IMG/VR virus record: IMGVR_UViG_2721755756_000002
DNA length: 64,000 nucleotides
Direction: 5' to 3' (one strand)
Source: a virus
Lineage: Duplodnaviria; Heunggongvirae; Uroviricota; Caudoviricetes
The stretch's first letter is position 1. Each line of letters begins with the position of its first letter. The notes beneath the pieces are model-generated. The model saw only the letters and a list, made by a program, of their open reading frames with translations, was not told the origin of the DNA and searched no databases. The position numbers and the translations under genes are program-made. Positions 34,761 through 43,763 of this stretch are shown here, piece after piece.

Positions 34761-35660
34761 TTAAGCAACTTCTGTGAGATCTTTTGGGTGTGCCCACATA
34801 TCTGCCTCTTTCAGGTATACATCACCAGAAGCAGAATCATACTTCGATACGGTGAAGTAGTTCTTTGTAAAATAGCATTTATCCTTCAGATAAAGAATCT
34901 GATTCTTACCTTTTTTAGTCAAATGTTTAGGCCATGCCCAAGCATCAATCTCCTTCAAAAATACACAACCTGAAGGCTGGTCGTAATCTGTGACAGTCAT
35001 CGTATTCTTTGTATACTTACAGTGGCTACCAACATGCAGAATCTGGTCGACCTTTTCTTTGCTTGGTTTAGACGGAGTAGGGGAAGGCTTAGATGCTGTA
35101 GATACTTTTACGTCTGCCAGCTTCTTCCACTTCATTCCATTACCATTGAGAATAGTGGTATTGTCTACGAAGCACGCCTTGTCTGCGCTGATAGATTTTG
35201 GCAAATGAAATACACCAAATTTATTCTGGTCGTATTTGTGATTAAATTTTCCCTTCGCAATCTCAAAGTGGTTGTGATTTCCAGTTGCGAAGCCAGCTGT
35301 ACCTTCTTGACCAATCTGAGTGCCCTGAGTATAACGTACACCGGGGTAGATGCCAGACAGGGAATTGTCATGTAGCACCATGATTGTGGCATAGTCGATC
35401 GTGCCATCAGCAAAGCGTACCTTTTGAGTAGATTCCCAGAATGCAGCATTACCTTCCGTATTACGATCACCTGTTGCTACACATTTTACATCAAAAGGGG
35501 CATAGAACAGGTCACGGCCTGTGTCCTTACCTGCGAGATCAAGTGCATTTACACCCATATGAGAGAACTGTCCATTGTTTCCCTGTGTAACGTTCATATA
35601 TTCCATGGGAAACAGCACATCTTGGTAGCATCCACGTTTACTAGTTTGTCCTTTTTTCAT
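34761..35660 (-). CDS. Endolysin, M23-like peptidase with C-terminal repeats
   Basis: SHMGVNALD (HxxxxxD) and GNHNHFE (HxH) motifs; lysis module position. Confidence 0.8.
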   Translation of the reverse strand: MKKGQTSKRGCYQDVLFPMEYMNVTQGNNGQFSHMGVNALDLAGKDTGRDLFYAPFDVKCVATGDRNTEGNAAFWESTQKVRFADGTIDYATIMVLHDNSLSGIYPGVRYTQGTQIGQEGTAGFATGNHNHFEIAKGKFNHKYDQNKFGVFHLPKSISADKACFVDNTTILNGNGMKWKKLADVKVSTASKPSPTPSKPSKEKVDQILHVGSHCKYTKNTMTVTDYDQPSGCVFLKEIDAWAWPKHLTKKGKNQILYLKDKCYFTKNYFTVSKYDSASGDVYLKEADMWAHPKDLTEVA

Positions 35661-35676
35661 TGTTATTTTCCTCCTG

Positions 35677-36135
35677 CTAATTTAAAAAAGAGTTGTCCTT
35701 TAGACACTCTTGATATTTCATTTCAATATATTTGTAATCATTATCAATAACTCCATTTGTAAAGCCATGCTCGGTGATTATGTCATGATATTTCTTATTC
35801 AAGTCTACGATAGAATGGAATTTTTCTCTTGAAAATTTGTCACCGTGGCGTAAGGCATCAGCAAAGTCCAGAATCGTTTGACGTACTCTATCAATCTCAT
35901 TTCCATCAACCTTCAAATTTAGTTTGTCTATTTCAGTTCTAAGTGTGCTAATGTCCTGCGTGAGAGACTTTAACTGCTCTACCGCCTGTTTATCAGAGTG
36001 GTAGTTAAAGTTCTTTCCAAGCCACCTAATGAAGGCTGATATCGGATTAAGCTTTATAGGAGTTATTTCAATCAGCCCTAATAGAGCTGTGATAATGAGT
36101 GGTATGTATTTTTCTAATTCCTTCACATATCGCAC
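35677..36135 (-). CDS. Holin-associated membrane/coiled-coil protein
   Basis: LIEITPIKLNPIS TM; RQTILDFAD..FTNGVID..YI motif common before Firmicutes endolysins. Confidence 0.7.
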   Translation of the reverse strand: MRYVKELEKYIPLIITALLGLIEITPIKLNPISAFIRWLGKNFNYHSDKQAVEQLKSLTQDISTLRTEIDKLNLKVDGNEIDRVRQTILDFADALRHGDKFSREKFHSIVDLNKKYHDIITEHGFTNGVIDNDYKYIEMKYQECLKDNSFLN

Positions 36136-36318
36136 CTACTCTTTTTTAGTTGCCTGTGTACCGAAATAGAAACCGACTATCATAGTATAAATAGCCATAA
36201 ACTTGTCTCCGTCAACAGTTTTGTTCGCTACGAGACTGACGAATGCACCTGTTAAAACAAGTGTCATAATGGACTTTACGTCGATTAGTTTTGTGACTTT
36301 TGTAAGTAATTCTTTCAT
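36136..36318 (-). CDS. Small two-TM holin
   Basis: LIDVKSIMTL..FMAIYTMIVGFYFGTQ motif. Confidence 0.75.
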   Translation of the reverse strand: MKELLTKVTKLIDVKSIMTLVLTGAFVSLVANKTVDGDKFMAIYTMIVGFYFGTQATKKE

Positions 36319-36443
36319 AAGTTTTCCTCCGTTCAAAATAAAAATAAGACTGTTTTTAATCTTATATAGTTAAAAATGTTGCTCCCCCCGTATTCCAAAA
36401 GAAGAGAGAAGGGGATTTTGTCAATTTTATAACTTTTCCACAT

Positions 36444-36490
36444 AAGGGCGTTTAACGCACGCCCATACGAGATACTTGGATCACTTCCTT
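36444..36490 (-). other. Conserved post-tail motif, copy 2
   Basis: AAGGAAGTGATCCAAGTATCTCGTATGGGCGT-GCGTTAA-ACGCCCTT beginning at the stop codon of 36490-36825. Confidence 0.6.
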
Positions 36491-36825
36491 TACAAATCCC
36501 TTTGCCCCCATGTGCCATTATTTTTATAAAAATAAGTAGCACCATAGTGTGTTATAAACCAGAATCCACCATAGTTTCCGCCTGCATACATCTGTCCGCA
36601 TATCCTTGCTTTCATTGTCGTACGGAGCATAATGTCAAACATAACATCATTATCTTTAAATGATTCAGCAAGCAGCTTTGCTTGATCTTGTGTTGACAAT
36701 CCGGAATAAGGATCTGGAACCGTGTAATAACCTTGGATTATTTTTACTGGATTTGAGTCAATCTTAGAATCTTCCAATACTGGCTCTGCATTTCTAATTG
36801 TTAAATTTGTTGGTAATTCAATCAT
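36490..36825 (-). CDS. Small tail-fibre-tip-like module, paralogue 2
   Basis: Clearly paralogous to 37155-37493 (LPTNLTI, GYY, VMFDI, GxMY..G.YG.F.F, NG.W..RDL). Confidence 0.7.
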   Translation of the reverse strand: MIELPTNLTIRNAEPVLEDSKIDSNPVKIIQGYYTVPDPYSGLSTQDQAKLLAESFKDNDVMFDIMLRTTMKARICGQMYAGGNYGGFWFITHYGATYFYKNNGTWGQRDL

Positions 36826-36852
36826 AAACAGCGGATGCTGTTCCTGTTGGTG

Positions 36853-37128
36853 TCAGATATATTCCTGCCATACAATCTCAAACTGCAGATATTGTGTAAT
36901 ATTTGTAACAAATGATACTGTCCCATTGGTGTATAAATACAAGTTATACATAAATCCCTCATTTGAGGATATACCACTAAACAAGCGTATACCTACTGAG
37001 CTAGCTAATGCATTTTTATTCATACCTATATCCGCAGCAGTAAAATTAACTGCTTGATTAGCCATAAATTGTTGCCTTGGAACAGCATACTTTTTGGTGA
37101 CTGTAGGCTTTAAAGTTATTTTAAACAT
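36853..37128 (-). CDS. Small beta-rich hypothetical protein between the paralogues
   Basis: Probable start MFKITL at 37128; YLYTNGTVSF motif resembles tail-fibre C-termini. Confidence 0.5.
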   Translation of the reverse strand: MFKITLKPTVTKKYAVPRQQFMANQAVNFTAADIGMNKNALASSVGIRLFSGISSNEGFMYNLYLYTNGTVSFVTNITQYLQFEIVWQEYI

Positions 37129-37154
37129 AAATACGCTATTGATAGCGTGATGTA

Positions 37155-37493
37155 TTATAAATCCCTTGCTGACCATACGCCATTCAGTTTCGTATAAAAA
37201 GTGATAATGCTATAACGCATAAATAAAAATTCACCATAGGATCCTTCTTGGTACATATGCCCCATAATTCTGCTCCGTGCATCGGCATGCAAAACAATAT
37301 CAAACATGACCTCTGTACCTGCGAGTGAATCCGCAAATCTTCTTGCCTGTTCTCCGTCGCTTAACCCCGTAGTGGCACTGCCTTGAACAGAATAATATCC
37401 TGAAATAACCTTTATAGGATACGGGAAGGTACGGGAATCACTTTTTGCTTTTCCCGCTGGCTGTATGGTCAAATTGGTTGGTAGCTTTACCAT
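37155..37493 (-). CDS. Small tail-fibre-tip-like module, paralogue 1
   Basis: Paralogous to 36490-36825 (same shared motifs); RBS AGGTGA. Confidence 0.7.
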   Translation of the reverse strand: MVKLPTNLTIQPAGKAKSDSRTFPYPIKVISGYYSVQGSATTGLSDGEQARRFADSLAGTEVMFDIVLHADARSRIMGHMYQEGSYGEFLFMRYSIITFYTKLNGVWSARDL

Positions 37494-37553
37494 AATACAT
37501 CACCTGTCATGCTATCTAAATAGCTGACACCACCCTTCTGTGGGTGCAGGAAA

Positions 37554-37631
37554 CTACATCCTGCACCCCCTTTCGGGATTGTAAAGAGACGGTAAAATCC
37601 GCCCCCGACTATTTATAGTTATTTTGTGCAT
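37554..37631 (-). CDS. Micro-ORF MHKITINSRGRILPSLYNPERGCRM containing two G5 tracts
   Basis: Strong RBS AGGAGG; overlaps hairpin GGGTGCAGGA/TCCTGCACCC. Confidence 0.35.
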   Translation of the reverse strand: MHKITINSRGRILPSLYNPERGCRM

Positions 37632-37646
37632 ATGCTTTTCCTCCTG

Positions 37647-37886
37647 TTATTCAAAATTCGATGGTGCTGCAGGCTTCCCGGCAGCTACCCATTCATCATA
37701 ATTTCCAAATGTCACTGATTCTCCGGGTATGTGAGATATGTAAAACATTCTGCCTATTCTGGCGGCGGATATTTCTTCGTTTACTGCATTTATACTCGGT
37801 GCATCCTTTGTGCTGCCGGAATCTAGGGAATCAATTATAGTCCCGTTGGTGGCAGTTATATCTGAGTCTTTCTGTATCCACTTCAT
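37647..37886 (-). CDS. Small protein with tail-fibre repeat-like motif
   Basis: IIDSLDSGSTKDAPSINAVN resembles the phage tail repeat. Confidence 0.55.
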   Translation of the reverse strand: MKWIQKDSDITATNGTIIDSLDSGSTKDAPSINAVNEEISAARIGRMFYISHIPGESVTFGNYDEWVAAGKPAAPSNFE

Positions 37887-38008
37887 ACCTTTAACTCCTT
37901 AATCTCATTAGCCTGCTCCTGCGAGATTGCTCCCAAAATCACATAGCGTTCAAGCTGAGCATCTGTTACCCAGTTTTTTAAGTAACGCTCTTTTATTGAT
38001 TCAAACAT
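37883..38008 (-). CDS. XkdX-family small protein (41 aa, not in ORF track)
   Basis: MFESIKERYLKNWVTDAQLERYVILGAISQEQANEI pattern; RBS GGAGG. Confidence 0.75.
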   Translation of the reverse strand: MFESIKERYLKNWVTDAQLERYVILGAISQEQANEIKELKV

Positions 38009-38381
38009 TTAATGTTCCTCCTTCTAAGACCATCAGCTCATAATCTGTCATACGCTGTCCTAACTCCATACGCTCAATTTCGGCATCTGTGGCCATCTGG
38101 CCGAGTAATTCTATATCGGATAGTGTCGGCGTAGAGACAGGGAACAGTTCTTCTTTCTCGGCTTCTGTCAGTTTGACAACAATTCCATCATGCAGTTTGT
38201 AATTGTATCTACGACGTTCATCAAATAATCCACATTCAAGATAATTTCCTTGTGCATGAGCAAATCTATCTCCATTACCTTCACCAATCAACGTGTATTC
38301 TTCTACTGTGTGAAGGAAGATATCACTGTTAATCTCTGTGATTACATCATTTGCATCTGTCTTAACATATACTTTCGCCAT
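38001..38381 (-). CDS. Tail-fibre-associated protein (XkdW-like position)
   Basis: MAKVYVKTD..GDRFAHAQGNY..YNYKL motif; precedes XkdX. Confidence 0.65.
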   Translation of the reverse strand: MAKVYVKTDANDVITEINSDIFLHTVEEYTLIGEGNGDRFAHAQGNYLECGLFDERRRYNYKLHDGIVVKLTEAEKEELFPVSTPTLSDIELLGQMATDAEIERMELGQRMTDYELMVLEGGTLNV

Positions 38382-38391
38382 ATTTCCCTCC

Positions 38392-40371
38392 TTAATAGAT
38401 TTCCGCATCTAACGTTGTTGCTATTTTTACACCAAAACAATGATTTTGTAGTCTAGCCCCGCCAGCACTTGTCCTTGCTGTTAAATAACCGTTATATGCC
38501 TGTGCGCTAACACAAATTCCACTTACGTTATTTCCAGCCCCATCGTAATAATTAAAATGTATATCGGAAGCTATCGAAGGTGTTGCTCTCATTTTTGCAA
38601 ATCTAGGCTCAATTAAGTATGCATACCCACTAGAATCATTACCATACTCATACATAATTGGTGTTGCGACATCCAATAGCTGAAAATATCTCTGACATAA
38701 CATTGATTCTTCTGCGTATGGTCTAGGCATGTAAGGTGTTGCAATCTCTCCAAGCTCTAATTTTGCATAATCTATATATACAGCAGATGATATCCCTGTT
38801 GAAGAGATAATAATTTGTAAGGATTTGACATTGTCAAAATCCGCATCATCCGATACATCGAAGGTCATCTTTATAGTCGTATATTTGTTTACTAAAATCG
38901 TGTGTGTCTTTCTCGCTAGCAATACAGATGGTTTATCACTCGAATTATACAAGATTGTTGCTGATGTGCTGATTTCTTGTGCATTGCTTGATATTATTTT
39001 CACGCTCAATGTCAATTTCTTTCCTAAGATTTTACGTATAATAGAATTATTCAATTCTACATGTTGAAATATCAAAAACTTACATTCACCAGCGGTTGAT
39101 GAAATTTTCATCCTTCTACTACTATTGGTTATAGTATATGGCACATATCCATCAGAAGCATTCATATAAGCAATCCATCTGTCTGCTGTATACATCCTAT
39201 TGCTAGTTATATTAAATTCATTTCCTCTTTGCCACACTTGAAAATCTCCATTGATCAACAGATTGGGATTGCTGAATGGAGGAGTAGTTTCTTTATACCC
39301 CGGTGGAACTGTATCACCGGATATTAGATATCCAGCTCCTACCGGTACGGTGTCTGTACCATCGTTTCCTTTTGTCTTCCAGAGTGGTATCCATTTACCG
39401 CCATCTTTTAAGTACAGCCATTCAGAGTACTGTCCTTCATGTGATTTGTTTAAGTATGTATCACCATCTTTGCCTAAAACAACTGGAGGATCACCAATTC
39501 CGTTATGCATCGTTCTTCCATTAAAATCACCATTTGCAAGCTTTTGCTGTACTGTCTGTGTAAGTGTATTTGCACTATCTCTTGCTGCATTCGCTTCTGA
39601 TGCAGCGGCGGCGGCTTCTCCAGCCTTTGTGTTTGCATTACTAGCTGCAGTATTAGCATCTGATGCTGCCTTATTTGCCTTTCCTGCAGCTGTATCAGCA
39701 TCACTTTTTGCCTTGTTTGCTGCAGTAGTTGCCGTATTGGCAGCTTGTGCTTTTGCATCTGCATTAGCTGCAGCGGTGTTAGCATCACTTGTGGCTTTAA
39801 CAGCATTATTTATTGCTGTGGTCACTTGTCCTTGCTGTGTCTGAGCGTTCTGTTGCAGCTGTGTAGCGGTATTTTCATGGTCTTTAGTCTGTTGTATCAA
39901 GTCATTTAAAGTCTTCGTACTCGCTGTAAAGTAAGGGTCTACGACTTCCTTATACCAAACTTTCATAGCAGTCAGTATACGAATTTCCATATATGACTCA
40001 GATTGTGAAATGCTAGATTCAAAAGAGTTCGATTCTCTAATTCGTAGCTCTAACATATTCGATGTTACAACAACCTTATCTTTACTAATTCCACCTATGG
40101 ATAGCCTGACGATTCCATCTTCTCTGAAAACATCTTCCGTTAGAAGGATATATTTTTTATTATCTATTTCTTCAATAGGACATATATCAGGCATTTCAGA
40201 ATCCCATCTACTGCAAGCTGCAGTTATAACACAATCTTTAAATGGACTACTGCTAGAAGGATCCATTGTCAATTGTACATACAGATTGCACGAATGTTGA
40301 TATCCAATCGTTTTAGCTCCATCAAGGACTATTTCATATCCTACCTGTTTGATTTTTGATACTACGTTCAT
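38392..40371 (-). CDS. Baseplate upper / tail fibre protein
   Basis: BppU-like N-terminus, Ala-rich coiled-coil repeats, GKDGDTYL, NLLINGDFQVWQRG receptor-binding domain. Confidence 0.8.
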   Translation of the reverse strand: MNVVSKIKQVGYEIVLDGAKTIGYQHSCNLYVQLTMDPSSSSPFKDCVITAACSRWDSEMPDICPIEEIDNKKYILLTEDVFREDGIVRLSIGGISKDKVVVTSNMLELRIRESNSFESSISQSESYMEIRILTAMKVWYKEVVDPYFTASTKTLNDLIQQTKDHENTATQLQQNAQTQQGQVTTAINNAVKATSDANTAAANADAKAQAANTATTAANKAKSDADTAAGKANKAASDANTAASNANTKAGEAAAAASEANAARDSANTLTQTVQQKLANGDFNGRTMHNGIGDPPVVLGKDGDTYLNKSHEGQYSEWLYLKDGGKWIPLWKTKGNDGTDTVPVGAGYLISGDTVPPGYKETTPPFSNPNLLINGDFQVWQRGNEFNITSNRMYTADRWIAYMNASDGYVPYTITNSSRRMKISSTAGECKFLIFQHVELNNSIIRKILGKKLTLSVKIISSNAQEISTSATILYNSSDKPSVLLARKTHTILVNKYTTIKMTFDVSDDADFDNVKSLQIIISSTGISSAVYIDYAKLELGEIATPYMPRPYAEESMLCQRYFQLLDVATPIMYEYGNDSSGYAYLIEPRFAKMRATPSIASDIHFNYYDGAGNNVSGICVSAQAYNGYLTARTSAGGARLQNHCFGVKIATTLDAEIY

Positions 40372-42932
40372 TGTTCACCTTCTTTTGCTATATTAAAAAG
40401 ACCCTCTAGGTCTTTGAGTTTTTCTAACAATTTTTCACATTTATCTTCAAGAGCATTTATTCTTTTATCCTGTTCTTGCACGGTCTTAACCAATAAAGGA
40501 ATAAATTCAATATAATTCAACCCCCATGATAATTTAGAATCGTCTATATCTTCACCACTATAGACTGATTCAGATCCATCTTCATTAACAATAGATGCTT
40601 GTACAAGGGACAGGTCACCAAGGTTTAAATCTTTAATGAGCTTAGCAACGGATTGAGCACCAAAACCCATATGGATACGTTTACCCGTATCTCCTTCACC
40701 TGTTCGGTGATAAGCGATAGGGGAGAGGGACATGATAAATTCATAGGCTCTCATGTCATAATCAAGAACATCTTTTTCTTTCAAGTCAGAAGCGGTGATT
40801 TGATTTGTGAAAAAGCCTGTATTCCATCGGAATGTTGTTGTTCCTATGTAAGCTCCTCCATTTATAACAGGCCGAAGAATACTACGTGTCTGTCCAGCTA
40901 ATTCGCGGAAAATTTGGATAGCATTACCACCATTTTCAAACTGGATATATTTCCCTGCAGGGACAGTAATGCCCGCTCTAACATCATCACCAATCCAAGT
41001 CCAAACAGAAGAGCCATCAACATTTATACTTGATCTATAATTACTGTACATTTGTATCCAACTACCAAAACCAAATGTGGTTCGTCTGATATAAGTTTCT
41101 GGACTTAAGTAAATGAATTTAGTTGCGCCAGCATTCTTTCCAACGGTAAGGTTATTACCAATAGTTACGTCAGTATCAACATCAATGCTTGAACCAGTTA
41201 TATTCGAACCGGTGATATTACCTGTAAAATTTCCATCAGTTGCTTTCATATTGCCTGCAGCATCAACAATAAATTTTCCCCCGATATTTATTGACCCTTT
41301 CTTTATAGCAATATTACCAGCTGCATCAACTGAAAAATTTCCTCCTATACTAATGGTTCCTTTCTTAATCGTCACATTCCCATTACCGTCAACAAGAAAA
41401 CTACTATTGCCGATATTGATTGAACCACCATTAAATGCCGAACCCTGTAAAGTACCTGTGAATGTCCCATCTTTCATTCTTAATTCTCCAGTATCCATAT
41501 TAAGGTAGAATTTACCAAAACGGTCTGATAGGATGCCTGTGATGATAGCTGTTGCAATAATACCGTTAGCATTCATAGCTGTATCCCAAACCCAATCGTT
41601 ACCGCTTCTCCGTTTTGAAAACTCTATCCCATTCGTTCCCCAACATGTAGCACCGAATAGGGGACTGTTAGGGTCGATATCTTCCATGAATAACGGTCGT
41701 GCTTCGATTTTCTTTGCAGCATTTCTTTGTACTTTTAATTGAGCATTTATACCATTGATAATACCAACGATTTTATCTGCTATCAGTGTATTAGTGTTCT
41801 TATCTACTACCTGAGAAACACTATTGATAATATTTGTGACGATGCTATCAGTTACTAATTCCTCTGTGACTTCAATGTTGATGAGCCAGTATTCGTCATG
41901 TGTATATGAGATTGAAGAGACATTACACAAGATTGTAACATCCAAATCTTCATTATAGACCTTTACGCAATCTCCGACTTTTAGAGCAGCCAGTTTCTCA
42001 CCAAACGCTGTGTCTGTATGAATACCTGTAATGTTGATTGTTGTTTTAGGCATTGAATATTTTTCTGACTGTTTTTTGCCTTCGTTGAAAACATCCTGAG
42101 CGGAAGAATAAGAACTGTTCTCCCATATATTCTGTCGCACAAACATCTCTGGATGAGACTTAATATAAGCATCCGTATATCCGAGGGCTTTAAAGTAGGA
42201 GAAGTTGTCAATGTAGGGAAGCCCAGTAGGATTCACAGACATGATATCAACTTTATTTCCTTCGCTGTCTTCAGCTCCAAAACAGTATAACCGTGTATAC
42301 AATTCCGATGTATCATATTTAATATCAAACTCTTTTAAATTACGAGAGGCTTTAAATACGGCAACAGGATTTGACTTGTCATTTGCTGCACGCATATTGA
42401 CTTTCATATCAACGCTGTCAAATTCCAACACGCCATCATATTTTGAAGCTATTTCAGATAGGGTAGTGAAGACACTCTCATCTGCTTCCTCTAAACCTCT
42501 ATAAGCTGAAGGATCTTTCACCGTGATTTCTCCTACACGCCATCCCAATGTTGGAGTATCACCATAATAACAAAGGGCAGCTTTCATCAGGTTGACTAAT
42601 GGCACTGGCTCGATTTCATCATGGGATATTAACTGGTCTGCCAAGGTTGATGATAGGTGACGGCAAATTACTGATACAAGCCTTGTACCATCATTGCCAT
42701 AAACAATATCGCTTTCTTTGATTAAATAATACTGATTGTTCGCGAATACCATGTTCTCATTTTGGATGAATTCAGATTTAGGATTATCCATAGGTAAATC
42801 AAAAGTCAATTCGCTTATTTCATTTGCGGTTTCTTTTAATTCAATGTTTCTAGGAATCTTATCTGTATTATCTAATAATTCACACAACCTCTTCCTATCA
42901 AGATTAGTGATTAAAATTGATTCAAATATCAT
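40368..42932 (-). CDS. Tail spike (Tal-like) with C-terminal peptidase S74-like chaperone
   Basis: TRLYCFG hub motif, repeated GSINIG..F.VD..GN units, ASDLKEKD..HMGFGAQ. Confidence 0.85.
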   Translation of the reverse strand: MIFESILITNLDRKRLCELLDNTDKIPRNIELKETANEISELTFDLPMDNPKSEFIQNENMVFANNQYYLIKESDIVYGNDGTRLVSVICRHLSSTLADQLISHDEIEPVPLVNLMKAALCYYGDTPTLGWRVGEITVKDPSAYRGLEEADESVFTTLSEIASKYDGVLEFDSVDMKVNMRAANDKSNPVAVFKASRNLKEFDIKYDTSELYTRLYCFGAEDSEGNKVDIMSVNPTGLPYIDNFSYFKALGYTDAYIKSHPEMFVRQNIWENSSYSSAQDVFNEGKKQSEKYSMPKTTINITGIHTDTAFGEKLAALKVGDCVKVYNEDLDVTILCNVSSISYTHDEYWLINIEVTEELVTDSIVTNIINSVSQVVDKNTNTLIADKIVGIINGINAQLKVQRNAAKKIEARPLFMEDIDPNSPLFGATCWGTNGIEFSKRRSGNDWVWDTAMNANGIIATAIITGILSDRFGKFYLNMDTGELRMKDGTFTGTLQGSAFNGGSINIGNSSFLVDGNGNVTIKKGTISIGGNFSVDAAGNIAIKKGSINIGGKFIVDAAGNMKATDGNFTGNITGSNITGSSIDVDTDVTIGNNLTVGKNAGATKFIYLSPETYIRRTTFGFGSWIQMYSNYRSSINVDGSSVWTWIGDDVRAGITVPAGKYIQFENGGNAIQIFRELAGQTRSILRPVINGGAYIGTTTFRWNTGFFTNQITASDLKEKDVLDYDMRAYEFIMSLSPIAYHRTGEGDTGKRIHMGFGAQSVAKLIKDLNLGDLSLVQASIVNEDGSESVYSGEDIDDSKLSWGLNYIEFIPLLVKTVQEQDKRINALEDKCEKLLEKLKDLEGLFNIAKEGEQ

Positions 42933-43711
42933 ATATATTTCTCCCTGTACTCAATTGAGACGTTTGACAATGTTTCAGAAGATGTTGCTTGTACGTAAAA
43001 TGTTCCCGGAGGGACAAGTGGATATTTGCCACTAATATCATTTGTAAGATACACATTCGTCAAAGAATAGATGTCCTTCGTATAGCTGTCAATTATGACA
43101 CCTCCAGATACATCAGAAACATGTAATTGATTATCAATTACTCTCCCTTGCATATCTTCACCATAAATCCTCACTGTCATATTCCCAGTGCCTTTAAGTG
43201 TGATTCTGGGGCAGCAGGGGACATTAGCATAATTATTGAAACAATACGATTCAGACGTATTCAATGGGGTTATAGTGTGAGTCGTATTATCATCAAAATA
43301 GTAATAAGGATCATGAGCAATAAATTTCAAAGTTAATTCAGAATCAACACCTGTAATCGTATCAGCATCAAATGCGTCCGAATCTAAGGTACACATTATG
43401 TAGATTGATTCACCCTTAAAATAAAATTTTGAAGGAGTAGGGGAGTTAAGCCATCCTGAAATACGTCTAATTCCAATAGTAGATAAATCTTCAAAGACAA
43501 TCGGCACCTCAAACACTCGTGGTTCAAGTCTTGAAGCATATTCTGTTTCGCCATCCTGTGTAAGAGCGTGATCGGTTATATGCTCACGAGAAGGTAAGAA
43601 TGAATATTTTTTGAACCCACCGTCGGTTGAACCGACATAACCGTTAAATTCAGATAAATAATGTCCGTTGAAGTAAAAGTCATCATATGATGCCATCTTA
43701 AGTTTGTCCAT
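42929..43711 (-). CDS. Distal tail protein (Dit)
   Basis: DFYFNGHYLSEF, LKFIAHDPYYY; follows TMP. Confidence 0.8.
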   Translation of the reverse strand: MDKLKMASYDDFYFNGHYLSEFNGYVGSTDGGFKKYSFLPSREHITDHALTQDGETEYASRLEPRVFEVPIVFEDLSTIGIRRISGWLNSPTPSKFYFKGESIYIMCTLDSDAFDADTITGVDSELTLKFIAHDPYYYFDDNTTHTITPLNTSESYCFNNYANVPCCPRITLKGTGNMTVRIYGEDMQGRVIDNQLHVSDVSGGVIIDSYTKDIYSLTNVYLTNDISGKYPLVPPGTFYVQATSSETLSNVSIEYREKYI

Positions 43712-43763
43712 TGTCCATCTCCTTTCCTATGAGAAAGAACCGGTTCATTTTAAGAGCCAGTTC

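Noticed and set aside
14483-42932. Diversity-generating retroelement targeting tail fibres
   Set aside because: No reverse transcriptase or Avd-like ORF, and no TR/VR pair differing at adenines seen in the window.
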